From Terriglobia bacterium (lineage in GTDB: Bacteria > Acidobacteriota > Terriglobia > 2-12-FULL-54-10): 64,000 bases of DNA. Below are positions 18,844-28,653 of the stretch, one piece after another. The stretch spans positions 2,176,001 through 2,240,000 of the forward strand of contig CAXVYR010000004.1 of the NCBI GenBank assembly GCA_963666975.2, written 5' to 3'. The position numbers and the translations under genes are program-made. The notes under the pieces are model-generated. The model had not been told where the DNA came from. It worked only from the letters and a program-made list of their open reading frames with translations, and ran no database searches. Each line of letters opens with the position of its first letter. Positions within the stretch are counted from its first letter, which is position 1.

Positions 18844-19416
18844 CTAATGTTTCCTTCGTAGTCTTTAATGGAAATGGTGTTTTCAAGCCATTTTCGAGCG
18901 TAAATTTCCTGGCCAAAGAAGATTTCTAAAATATGGCAGCCAACAGCATTGCGGCGAACAAGAAAACCTCATTTCGGTAGACAATCGTGGCCCCCGTCGC
19001 ACTCGAGTTCAGCGCCACATCAGTTCCTTGGAGCCGGATTTATTTTTTTTGACCCGCCGACGGCTGACAGTATACATCTATTGGCCTGAGTTGGGCCACA
19101 CTTCTAGCCGCTCGGCACCGGCTTGCTCCCCAGGGGGTGTAGCACTTTTCCCTTTCGTATAGCCTACCCCGCCAAATGGTTGTCGGCAGTCCTCGATTTC
19201 CCTAGACTGCAAAGAGACAGCAAATGGTATCGATTCTGGCAGGCGAAAGGCAAGCAGGGTTTTTGAAAATTCGCAAAGCTCCTTCTATTTTCTTGTATAG
19301 CGTTGTGTTGTAGCTGGGAGCCAGTGGGTTCAACTGGCAGAAAACACAGTGCTCGGAGGGCTCGACTGGGCCTGCAAATGAGACTGGTCCAGTGAATAGA
19401 GATATATTGGGACTGG

Positions 19417-19502
19417 CAGCGTTTGGTGTCCGCTTGCTTACGCGCGCGGCTCGGATTGAATTTACAAACCCACGGTAAATTGGGACTTCCAATTTACCGT
19501 GG
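19417..19502. repeat. REP copy (direct repeat of 16717-16760) plus 14-bp inverted repeat
   Basis: CAGCGTTTGGTGTCCGCTTGCTTRCGCGCGCGGCTCRGATTRAA, then CCACGGTAAATTGG-GACTT-CCAATTTACCGTGG. Confidence 0.8.
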
Positions 19503-19692
19503 CTACCCGACGCGCGCAGCTCGGGGGGCTCCTGGACCCGGCCAATGGAAAATAGTGCGCTGGAATCCATATAGAAGCGTATAGTATGGGCCTGTTGGAA
19601 GCTAAAAACGGAAATTCCGGTTCAACAGCCCTGCAAGACGCATTGACCATAGACTCTGAGAATGGCTGGTGTGTGGTTCAAACATTCGGATC

Positions 19693-21141
19693 GAAGGTGT
19701 CCCAAACTCAGTTGCAGGTTGGGACGGCGGGTTGAGTTCATATTACGCCACTTCCTCCTTGTGAGAGGAAGCAGCGTTTGGACTTCGGCCGAGAATCGAT
19801 GCCAAAGCCCAGAGATCGTGATAACCCATGATCTTCCGGAAATTCTTCTCGGTCAGCAGAAACGCTCCTGCCACCCAGCGCAACGTCATCTCGCCGTCGC
19901 GCCAGCGGCAAACATTGCCAGTCTTTTTCCGCACGCCCGACTGCGGGCTCTCGATGAGGTTCGTGGTTGCCAGGCAGCGGTGGAGGCTGGGAGGAACGTC
20001 GGCTCGATTGATCGTAAAGGTCTCCTCCAACCCTTCGCGCAAGCTGGCGGCTGCTGCCGGATGATCGCACTCGATCATCCCAGCGAGCTTTTTTATGCGC
20101 ACGATGCCTTCCTCGGCTTGGGGCAATCGCCAGGCGGCGCGCATCAGCGACCGCACCTGATTCGCCAGCATTTTGTCGCCCTTTGGTAACCGCTCAGCCA
20201 CGTTGCGCAGCTTATGAGTACGGCAACGCTGCACCAGCTGATTGCTGCCGAATACTTCCTCGATCCCCGCGCGGAGCGCTTTGGCGCCGTCGATCACAAA
20301 CAGATAGCGCTGATCCGTGCGCAAACCTTGCTGGCGCAGGCGGGTGAGAAGGTCTTTCACCGCAGCGGCGTTTTCGGTCGCGCCCAGTTGAATCCCCAGC
20401 ACATGCTTGCGGCCCTCGATGTCCACGCCCACGGCGCTGATGACGTGGTGGGAGCCGAACCGCATTCCGTCCAGGTAAATCACCAGAATCTCGACCTCCT
20501 CCCAGCGCCGCGCCAACAGTTCTTCCAGCCGCCGCGCTCCTTGCTCGGCCGCTTCCCGGCTCACCTGAGACTTCGACACCCCAGCGCTGTTGGCCATCTC
20601 CGGGATCACCTCGCGGTAGTTCCGCGTCGAAACCCCTTTCAACAGTGCCTCGAACATCTCCTCGCCCGTCTTCTCGCTTTTCCGCAGTGCTTCGTAGGCC
20701 GGCACCGCTTCTTCCCCTCCGCCCTTCCGGCGCAGCCGGGGCCGCTCCACCCGCAGCTGGCGATCGGCCAGTTTCACCCTCCCCAATTGCCGGCCATGCC
20801 AGCGCACCTCTCCGCTCGCCTTCCCGGGACTCTTTGGCCCCGCGATTTGCTCTGCGCTCATGCTCAGAATCGTTTCAATCAAACCTCGCCCGGCCCGATC
20901 AATCACCTCATCCACCGCCAGACGCGCCTCCGTGATCAGATCCACCACCGGCAACAGCATCTGTCCGTTGGTTTGGCAAAACTTCTGGATGGTTTCTTCG
21001 GCTCCCTTGGAACCCAGTTCCAAAACGTGATATTTTCCCTTCATTCGGCGGTTCTCCTTCTATAGGATTTAGGCTTGGCCCGATTCTATTCGATTCGGGC
21101 CGAACCGCCGTTCAACCTTCAACTATGTATGGGACACCCTC
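19693..21141 (-). mobile_element. IS256 family insertion sequence, complete
   Basis: TIRs GAAGGTGTCCCAAACTCAGTTG / GAGGGTGTCCCATACATAGTTG. 8-bp TSD TTCGGATC at 19685-19692 and 21142-21149. Confidence 0.93.
19743..21044 (-). CDS. IS256 family transposase
   Basis: GVSTR, YLDG, VIDGAKAL, QRC..HK.RN and TTNLIES. Confidence 0.95.
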   Translation of the reverse strand: MKGKYHVLELGSKGAEETIQKFCQTNGQMLLPVVDLITEARLAVDEVIDRAGRGLIETILSMSAEQIAGPKSPGKASGEVRWHGRQLGRVKLADRQLRVERPRLRRKGGGEEAVPAYEALRKSEKTGEEMFEALLKGVSTRNYREVIPEMANSAGVSKSQVSREAAEQGARRLEELLARRWEEVEILVIYLDGMRFGSHHVISAVGVDIEGRKHVLGIQLGATENAAAVKDLLTRLRQQGLRTDQRYLFVIDGAKALRAGIEEVFGSNQLVQRCRTHKLRNVAERLPKGDKMLANQVRSLMRAAWRLPQAEEGIVRIKKLAGMIECDHPAAAASLREGLEETFTINRADVPPSLHRCLATTNLIESPQSGVRKKTGNVCRWRDGEMTLRWVAGAFLLTEKNFRKIMGYHDLWALASILGRSPNAASSHKEEVA

Positions 21142-21269
21142 TTCGGATCATCGGATTATCAGATCAATGGAAGGCAGAGTGCCACTAGAGTGCCACTGCG
21201 AATCTGCATGAACACTATACTGATACCGCCTCTGTCTAAAGGCGCTGCACCGGATGGGAGGCAGTGCTG

Positions 21270-22898
21270 ATGAGGTTCTTCAAGTCAAGGCTTCTTCCTG
21301 CGGACTCGCCGAGCCGTTGCGACTGGCACTACCTGGTGAGCACGTTGAATGCGAACGGCTCCGTCTCTCCCTGTTGCGGCATACAAGATGAGAAAAATGA
21401 CTTCGGCAGCATGGTGGGTAAATCTTTTCATGAAGTCTGGAGCAATGCTCACTATAGCAGCGTCCGCCGCTTGTTCGTCAACGGCGGCGACGACGGGACC
21501 AGCGCGCCCACAATTTGCCACAACTGCCCTCTTCCGGAGGATCAGTCTCGCGGGAAGGATTATATCCAGCGGTTCCTTTCCGATGTGCCGCGCGCCATCC
21601 AGAAGCAGGCACATCAGCTCCTCCCCGGCATGGCCCCTCGCCTGCCCAAGTTTACCTTCCCGCCCTGGCAGTCCCAGTCCCCCTATCTAAAGAGGCGTAA
21701 CGAGAATTTTCTCCTTGCCCTGAAAGAGCGAAAAGACGGCGTGGAACGGCCCCAGAGCTATCCGATTGCCATGGTCATCGATCCATCGTCGGCGTGCGGC
21801 TTGCGGTGTCCCCTGTGCCCGGTATCCTACACTCCGTCGATCCGGGAGAAGTCGCTGATGAATCCGGAGGTGTTTGGTCGGCTGATGGAAGAGGTTGGGC
21901 CCTACCTTTTTTCCATCGACTTCTTCAACTGGGGCGAACCTCTCCTGAACAAGCAATTGCCGCGGATGCTGGCCCAGGCGAAAGAATACGACATCCACGT
22001 GCGCCTCAGCAGCAGTCTGTCTGTAAAAGTGGAGGATGCCATTTTGGAAGCCCTCGTCGATCATGTTGACGGCCTGATCGTCTCGATCGACGGAACCAGT
22101 CAGGAGACCTACGAGAAATACCGCCGCAATGGCGACTTTGCTCTAGCTTTCTCGAATCTGGAGCGCGTCGCAAGGCTCAAACGCGAGCGCCATGCCCGCC
22201 AGATGACCATCTACTGGCAATACCTGGTGTTTTCGTTCAATGAGCACGAGCTTGATACGGCGCAGCGCATGGCAAAGCGGATCGGCGTCGAGTTCTCTCC
22301 CGAGGCCCCCTTCGTCGATGTGGACCGGAACCCGGAGTGGCTTTCTACGATCGACAAGTACGTCATGGACCGCTACAAGCCGATGCTCGCGCAACTCAAC
22401 ACTCTCAGGAACCCCAGCTCGCCTCCGCCGACCGAGATAAAGCTGGCCCTCGGAGGATTTGACGCGATGTTTGACAGAGGGTTCTACGCCTGGGAGAACG
22501 GAGCCCGGTGGCTAGCCGACCAGGGAGCGATCCGGCTGCGTGCCCCTCAAATGCTGGGCCACTTTTTTTTGACCGCCTACGCGCCCCCTGAGATGGTGAA
22601 CGGCACTCCGGTGGTCCTGACCATCCAGGTCGATGGGGAAGAGCTTGCTCGGTTGACGGTTTGCGAAGGAGGGTTGTTCACCAGACGGATTGCCGTTGAT
22701 CCGAACCGCGCACGCTGGCTGAGTGGCAGGGAAGTTCAGGTTACTATCGCGTCTTCCCGCACGTTTGTGCCCAAAGAAATAGTCCGCGACTCCTCGGAGG
22801 ACCGCCGGCTTTCGATCATTGTGACGGAGCTTGGCTTTCGGCCGGGGCCCGCCCCGCAAACGACATCTCTGGAGTTGGCGGCAATCCACAACCCTTAA
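21270..22898 (+). CDS. Radical SAM protein with N-terminal SPASM/Twitch domain and C-terminal beta domain
   Basis: N-terminal CDW...NANGSVSPCC...EVWSN...CHNC, central CGLRCPLC and FNWGEPLL. GGAGG lies 8 nt before the ATG at 21270. Confidence 0.85.
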   Translation: MRFFKSRLLPADSPSRCDWHYLVSTLNANGSVSPCCGIQDEKNDFGSMVGKSFHEVWSNAHYSSVRRLFVNGGDDGTSAPTICHNCPLPEDQSRGKDYIQRFLSDVPRAIQKQAHQLLPGMAPRLPKFTFPPWQSQSPYLKRRNENFLLALKERKDGVERPQSYPIAMVIDPSSACGLRCPLCPVSYTPSIREKSLMNPEVFGRLMEEVGPYLFSIDFFNWGEPLLNKQLPRMLAQAKEYDIHVRLSSSLSVKVEDAILEALVDHVDGLIVSIDGTSQETYEKYRRNGDFALAFSNLERVARLKRERHARQMTIYWQYLVFSFNEHELDTAQRMAKRIGVEFSPEAPFVDVDRNPEWLSTIDKYVMDRYKPMLAQLNTLRNPSSPPPTEIKLALGGFDAMFDRGFYAWENGARWLADQGAIRLRAPQMLGHFFLTAYAPPEMVNGTPVVLTIQVDGEELARLTVCEGGLFTRRIAVDPNRARWLSGREVQVTIASSRTFVPKEIVRDSSEDRRLSIIVTELGFRPGPAPQTTSLELAAIHNP

Positions 22899-23044
22899 CC
22901 GCCGTCCCGCCGGTATCGAATGCTCTCCACCCCTGCGGGCATTTGCGGTGCCGGCGTGTCTTACAAGGGCAGAGAGCCTTTTGGACGCGGACAGGGTGTT
23001 AATGGTCAGGCAAGAAAGCTCGGCGTTGGGGGTCCGCACCCGCT

Positions 23045-25159
23045 TTAGTCGCTCTGGCTAGGTCCCCGCTTTTCTCTTTGTTCCCGCAGAACCGCTTTGC
23101 GGCTGAGCTTGATGCGGTTGCCTTCCACCGTCAGAGCCTTCACCAGAACCTGATCGCCTTCCTTCAGCTCATCGCGAATGTTCTGGATACGGTGCTCGGC
23201 CACCTCGCTGATGTGCAGCAGTCCGTCGGTGCCGGGAATGATCTCCACAAAGGCGCCGAAATCCACCAGCCGAACGACTTTGCCCAAATAGGTTTTCCCC
23301 ACTTCGGCCACGGCCGTAAGGTCGTGGATGATCTGGATGGCCTGCTGGGCAGAGTTTTCGTCGCTGGAGGCGATGTTGATGCGGCCATCGTCCTCGACAT
23401 TAATCTTGACGCCGGTTCTTTCGATGATGGAACGGATGGTTTTCCCGCCCGGTCCGATGACATCCCGAATTTTGTCGGTGCTGATCTTTATGGTAAAGAT
23501 TCGAGGCGCATAGGGTGAAATAGCCGTCCGGGGCTCGGGGAGAGTTTCCAGCATCTTGTCGAGAATAAACAGCCGCGCTTTGCGCGCCTGCTCCAAAGCC
23601 TCGGCCATGATCGCCGGAGTGATCCCCTCGACCTTGATGTCCATCTGCAAGGCGGTAATCCCGCGGCTGGTTCCGGCCACCTTGAAATCCATGTCGCCGA
23701 AATGGTCCTCCGCCCCGGCAATGTCTGTGAGGATGGCATACTGGTCGCCTTCCATCACCAAACCCATAGCGACTCCGGCCACCGGAGACTTAATGGGAAC
23801 TCCGGCATCCATCAACGCCAGCGACGCCCCGCAGACGGTGGCCATAGAACTCGACCCATTCGACTCCAGGATGTCGGAGACCACGCGGAGCGTGTAAGGA
23901 AAGATTTCCTCCTCCGGGATCATGTTGATCAAAGCCCGTTCAGCCAAAGCGCCATGTCCGATCTCCCTCCGGCCAGGTCCCCGCATAAAACGCACCTCCC
24001 CCACGCTGAAGGGCGGGAAGTTGTAATGCAGCATGAACCGCTTATGCGAGTCCCCCTCAATCGTGTCCAGCCGCTGGACGTCTTCGGAGGTGCCGAGCGT
24101 CGTCGTGACCAGAGCCTGCGTTTCACCCCGGGTAAATAGCGCGGAACCATGCGTTCGGGGAAGGAAACCCGCCTCGCAACTCACTGCGCGGATTTCGTCC
24201 TGAGCACGATGGTCGGGTCGGCGGCGGTGCTTCAACAGGTCTTCCCGGAAGATCCGCTCCTCCACCCGATGGAGAAGCCCTGCCGCAGCCTTTGCCGTTG
24301 CCTCCTCGCCGGGAGGATAGGAGTCTAGCAGTTCTTTTCGGAGGTCCTCCACGCGCCGCTGGCTCTCCAGCTTCGACTGGCTCGAAGTATCCAGGGCTTC
24401 TTCCAAACGTTTCCGCCACTTCGACTCGATCTCCTGCTGCAAAGCCGAGTGGTCCGGAAGCGGCTCCACTTTGCGCTTCTGAATCCCCATCTGCTGATAC
24501 AGTCCTTTTAGAGCGGCAACGATCTTTTTGACTGCGGCGTGTCCGAACTGAATGGCCTCGTTCACCATCTCCTCGGAAACCTCCTGGCCCCCCGCTTCCA
24601 CCATGACGATGGCTTCCTCGGTGGCGACCACCACAATATTCAGCAGGCTGCTGCGCTTTTCCGCGTAGGTGGGGTTAAGGATGAATTGTCCGTCCACATG
24701 CCCTACGCGCACCGCGCCGATGGGGTTGTAGAAGGGGATGTCGGACAGATACAGCGCCGCCGAAGCGCCGACGATGCTGATCACGTCCGGATCGTTGTCG
24801 GTGTCGGCGGAAAGAACCATGGCGATCACCTGCGTTTCCGAGCGGAATCCTTCCGGAAAGAGCGGGCGAATGGGCCGGTCGATCAGCCGGCATGTGACGG
24901 TCTCTTTTTCACTCTGACGGCCTTCCCGTTTGATGAAACCGCCTGGGATTTTTCCAGCCGCGTAGGTATACTCCCGGTAATCCACCGTCAAGGGAAAGAA
25001 ACTGATTCCCTCTCTGGCTTCCCGCAGAGCGCACGCCGTAACCAGTAAGGCGGTATCACCGAAACTCAAGTAAACCGAGCCATCCGCCTGTTTTGCCAGG
25101 CGTCCTGTCTCCAACTCTAATTTCTTATTGCCTAACTCAATACTTTCTCGATAAACCAT
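23045..25159 (-). CDS. pnp: Polyribonucleotide nucleotidyltransferase
   Basis: FFPLTVDY, RREIGHG, GDMDFKVAG, KH and S1 domains. Confidence 0.98.
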   Translation of the reverse strand: MVYRESIELGNKKLELETGRLAKQADGSVYLSFGDTALLVTACALREAREGISFFPLTVDYREYTYAAGKIPGGFIKREGRQSEKETVTCRLIDRPIRPLFPEGFRSETQVIAMVLSADTDNDPDVISIVGASAALYLSDIPFYNPIGAVRVGHVDGQFILNPTYAEKRSSLLNIVVVATEEAIVMVEAGGQEVSEEMVNEAIQFGHAAVKKIVAALKGLYQQMGIQKRKVEPLPDHSALQQEIESKWRKRLEEALDTSSQSKLESQRRVEDLRKELLDSYPPGEEATAKAAAGLLHRVEERIFREDLLKHRRRPDHRAQDEIRAVSCEAGFLPRTHGSALFTRGETQALVTTTLGTSEDVQRLDTIEGDSHKRFMLHYNFPPFSVGEVRFMRGPGRREIGHGALAERALINMIPEEEIFPYTLRVVSDILESNGSSSMATVCGASLALMDAGVPIKSPVAGVAMGLVMEGDQYAILTDIAGAEDHFGDMDFKVAGTSRGITALQMDIKVEGITPAIMAEALEQARKARLFILDKMLETLPEPRTAISPYAPRIFTIKISTDKIRDVIGPGGKTIRSIIERTGVKINVEDDGRINIASSDENSAQQAIQIIHDLTAVAEVGKTYLGKVVRLVDFGAFVEIIPGTDGLLHISEVAEHRIQNIRDELKEGDQVLVKALTVEGNRIKLSRKAVLREQREKRGPSQSD

Positions 25160-25177
25160 TTCTCCTCGTTTCCTTTA

Positions 25178-25311
25178 GAAAAATACCGGTCGAGAGGCGC
25201 TCCATTGAAGAAGAACAACCGGATTTTTCAGTAACTCCGAGACGCTCATTGCAATTCTGTTGAGATCGGGCAGCAGTGGAAGCGGTCTTCGCCGCGGTGT
25301 GGCGCTGCCGG
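25178..25311 (-). promoter_or_regulatory. Structured pnp leader (stem-loops)
   Basis: GAAAAATCCGGTTG...CGACCGGTATTTTTC stem just upstream of the RBS, and a second GGCAGC/GCTGCC stem. Confidence 0.45.
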
Positions 25312-25613
25312 TGGGCGGGTATACGCCGAGCAGTCGGAACAAAAAATAAAAAGCGACCTCAGGAGGATGCCCCATCCTTGCGGCCGCCCTGCTTGGTAAT
25401 CCTAAATTCAAATCCGATGAGGTCGCCAGCCCATCCTCTGCGGGACAATGGGTGCGAGACAATGGGCGCGTCACCAACCTTTTATGCCAGCCCTTAAACG
25501 CGATCCGATGACTACCACGGTAAAGATGATACCGTCGTTGGGGGGGCACCGCCTCTCCCGCTCCGGCGGAAGGCCTCTCGCCTTCTTGCGCGCCGCACGG
25601 GGAGCACGAATCG

Positions 25614-25883
25614 CTAGCGACGAATTCCCAAACTCTGGATGACCTCTTTGTAGCGCGATGTATGACGATCCTTCAAATAATCCAGCAAACGACGGCGCTT
25701 GTTCACCATCATCAACAAACCACGCCGGGAAGCGTGGTCCTTCTTGTGCAGCTTAAAGTGTTCCGTCAACTGCCCGATTCGTTCGCTCAGAATGGCTATT
25801 TGAACCTCCGGCGAACCCGTGTCTTTCGTATGTGCCCGATACTTTTCAATGATCGGCGCTTTTTGTACACTCGCCAGGCCCAT
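25614..25883 (-). CDS. rpsO: 30S ribosomal protein S15
   Basis: [10 protein letters not shown] and HKKDH.SRRGLL; upstream of pnp. Confidence 0.98.
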   Translation of the reverse strand: MGLASVQKAPIIEKYRAHTKDTGSPEVQIAILSERIGQLTEHFKLHKKDHASRRGLLMMVNKRRRLLDYLKDRHTSRYKEVIQSLGIRR

Positions 25884-25933
25884 CCAGTGCGCTATCCTTC
25901 CCTAAATATTCTTGTTACCTATTCTCATTACAA

Positions 25934-25962
25934 AACATACCACAGTGGCTTGGTCCTGTAAA
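25934..25962 (-). promoter_or_regulatory. Sigma70 promoter of rpsO-pnp
   Basis: TTTACA-N17-TATGTT with a TG extension. Confidence 0.6.
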
Positions 25963-26220
25963 GCCTGCTCCGCCTCGGCCTTCCGCCCGGCGGAACAGCA
26001 CGGCCAGCGGCAATCCGGAGGCCTTCCCCCCCCGTTCAACATTTCGGACTTGTGCTAGAATCCAGATTTATTCAACATACACTTCACAGCAGGCGGCGCC
26101 CTAATTCCAAACGCTCCACAGGTTCCCTGCCTGGAACCCAAGGCTATGTTGGAACTGCCAGGCCGCTAGCAACTGGAACCGGACGCTTCCGCGCGCGATA
26201 AGGCAAACAGCGAGGTAAAG

Positions 26221-27981
26221 ATGGATGGCCGGCTGATTGTTCTCAGCGCACCGCTTACCGAAACCATTGACCACGCGGGCTACTTCATTCAGATGGGCAT
26301 GGCTTCGCTGCCGCAGTGAATGGAGTTTGCCCTGAACAGCAAATACCCCGCTTGGCGCGACGTGGAACACAACGAGGACGGCTCCGCGCGGTCGATGCCG
26401 GTCGGCGTTCGCCTGATCGAAAAATCCCTGCTGCGCGAATTCAAAGAGCAGGACTTGGTGGCCTGCTATCCGGACGATCTGGCCAAGTTCATCGGCCCGG
26501 ATACGCGCGTGGTGGCCGTCTCGACCCATAATCCTTTGGGCGTTACCTTCGCTGCCGGAGTCTACACCTCGCTGTTCGGCTCTTCCAAGCAACCCATCAA
26601 TTCGCACTATGCCAGGGACCTTTTCCAAAAGATTCGGTCGAGTCCCTACCGGAAAAATTTCAAGGTCATTGTCGGAGGATCGGGCGGGTGGCAGATCGCG
26701 CAAACCGACAGCTTTGAGGAGTTGAGCGTGGACTGCGTGGTGGAAGGCCGCAGCGAATCTTCGGAAACGATGGCGCTGTTCCACCGCGCGATTGCCGGAG
26801 AACCACTGCCCCGCCAGTTGGATGTGCCCCATCCAAAGGACCGAGGCGATATCCTGTTCCCTTCCGCAAGGACCACCTTTGGAGTCGTCGAGATGACCAC
26901 CGGCTGCGGCCGCCGCTGCCAGTTCTGCGTGCCGGATCTCAATCCGCAAATCGACCTCCCCAAACAGAAGATTATGGAGGCCGTCCGGGGCAACGTCCGA
27001 AATGGAAATAAACAGGTCTCCCTCGCCACCGAAGACATGTTCATCTGGGGCCAGGTCCAAACCGAGACGCCGTTCTTTTTTCCCAACCGCGAGGCCTTGC
27101 TGGACCTGTTTGGGGAGATTGTCGGCACGCCGGGCGTGGAGCAGCACCTGTTGAGCCACTGCACCATCGCACCTTTTGCTGTCGATCCCCTCCTGATCAA
27201 AAAACTTTCCGATATGCTGCTGCCCAAGAGCCCCATTCATCTGTCGCGCCTGAGCACCCATCCGCAGAATAAGGCGCTCTCTCCGCTGATCGGTCTCGAA
27301 ACGGGCTCGGTGCGTTTGGCCAAGAAGATCATGCCCAGCAAGGGTGTCCCGTTTTCCATCGAAGACTGGCCCAGCGTGGTGCTGGAGGGATTGCGGGTGG
27401 CGAATGAAAACAATTGGTTCCCGGTGATGACGCTGATTGTCGGCAGCCCGGAGGAAAACGACGAAGACGTGAAAGCGACACTCGATCTGGTCTATGAGAT
27501 GGAACGCCGCGGCCTGTTCGCCATCCTGGTGCCGTCGATATTCACGCCCCTGCACGACACCCGCATGGAAAAGCAAATGGGCGTGACCGAAACCCGGCAG
27601 CTCACTCAGTTGCAGTGGCAGCTGATGATGAAGTGCTGGAAGTTCAACCTGCGCCCCGCCCTGCAAAGCTGGTGGGGACCAATGGCTTGGCAGTTCGGGT
27701 CCATCATCCTGTGGTTGTATAAATTGAGAAAGCTCAACGGTCCCAATTTCACATGGCCGCTGTTGATGTTTTCCGGCGCCTTCTCGGAAAAGACCCTGGA
27801 ACGGATGGGAAAAATCTATGTGGGCAAGCCGCTGAAAACCAAGAGCCGCCAGGAACTGATCGCCTCGGTGCGTCCCCACTACTGGCAGTATTTCCGCCCC
27901 GACAACGGGGACCTTCCCGCCAACGGCGCCCCGCCGCCGCAGACGACTGCAGCAGGCCCCGCTCTTTCCGTCGTTTCTTGA
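26221..27981 (+). pseudogene. B12-binding-type radical SAM protein with in-frame TGA at codon 33
   Basis: GAGG RBS before the ATG at 26221. MDGRLIVLSAPLTE...SLPQ*MEFA with the TGA at 26317-26319. Also VIVGGSG and GCGRRCQFC. Confidence 0.75.
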
Positions 27982-28052
27982 ACTGAGAACGAAACTGGTT
28001 TTGCCGCAGGCGACGCCAAAACCGGGAGATGTGCTTTGCGCCTGTGGCAGCC

Positions 28053-28580
28053 CTAACTGGCGCGGATGGCTTCCACGTCAATTGTAATTTCGACATCGCT
28101 GCCGACCACGGAACCGCGCTCCGGCATAGATGCATTCCAGCTTACACCGAAGTCGTGCCGGTTGATCCGGGTCGTCGCAAAAAAGCCGATGCGCGTGTTG
28201 CCGAAGGGTGTATCCACCGGACCGAAACACTGCGCATCCAGCGTGACCGGCCGGGACGTTCCGCGGATGGTCAATTCGCCAGTGACCTGGTAATTGCTAT
28301 AACCGGTCTGTTGGATGCGGGTGGCCTTGAAGTGGATCGTCGGATAGTTCGCTACGTCCAGAAAATCCGGGTTGCGCAGGTGACCGTCGCGTTCCTTGTC
28401 TTCGGTTGAGAAACTGCCGGCATCAATGCTCACTTCCACCGAGGAATTGGCCGGATCAGCCGGCTCGAATTCGAGGGTCCCTTTGATATTCTTGTAATGG
28501 CCACGGACTATCGTGATCATCATGTGCCGCACGGCAAACGCCACGCTGCTGTGGCCCGGTTCGAAATCCCAATGAGCCAT
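28053..28580 (-). CDS. YceI family protein
   Basis: W..EP.HS.V.F.VRH, RD.HL...DF and GELTIRG. Confidence 0.93.
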   Translation of the reverse strand: MAHWDFEPGHSSVAFAVRHMMITIVRGHYKNIKGTLEFEPADPANSSVEVSIDAGSFSTEDKERDGHLRNPDFLDVANYPTIHFKATRIQQTGYSNYQVTGELTIRGTSRPVTLDAQCFGPVDTPFGNTRIGFFATTRINRHDFGVSWNASMPERGSVVGSDVEITIDVEAIRAS

Positions 28581-28653
28581 CGGCTGATTACCCTTCCAAG
28601 AAGTCTTTCACCCGCACATCCCTAGTCCAATCGCCCGGCGCTGTCTCGCCACC

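Noticed and set aside
26221-26319. 32-aa ORF before the B12-radical SAM gene as a RiPP precursor
   Set aside because: It is in frame with the enzyme and reads like its N-terminal beta strand (IVLSA..TE). No peptidase, transporter or RRE domain is nearby.
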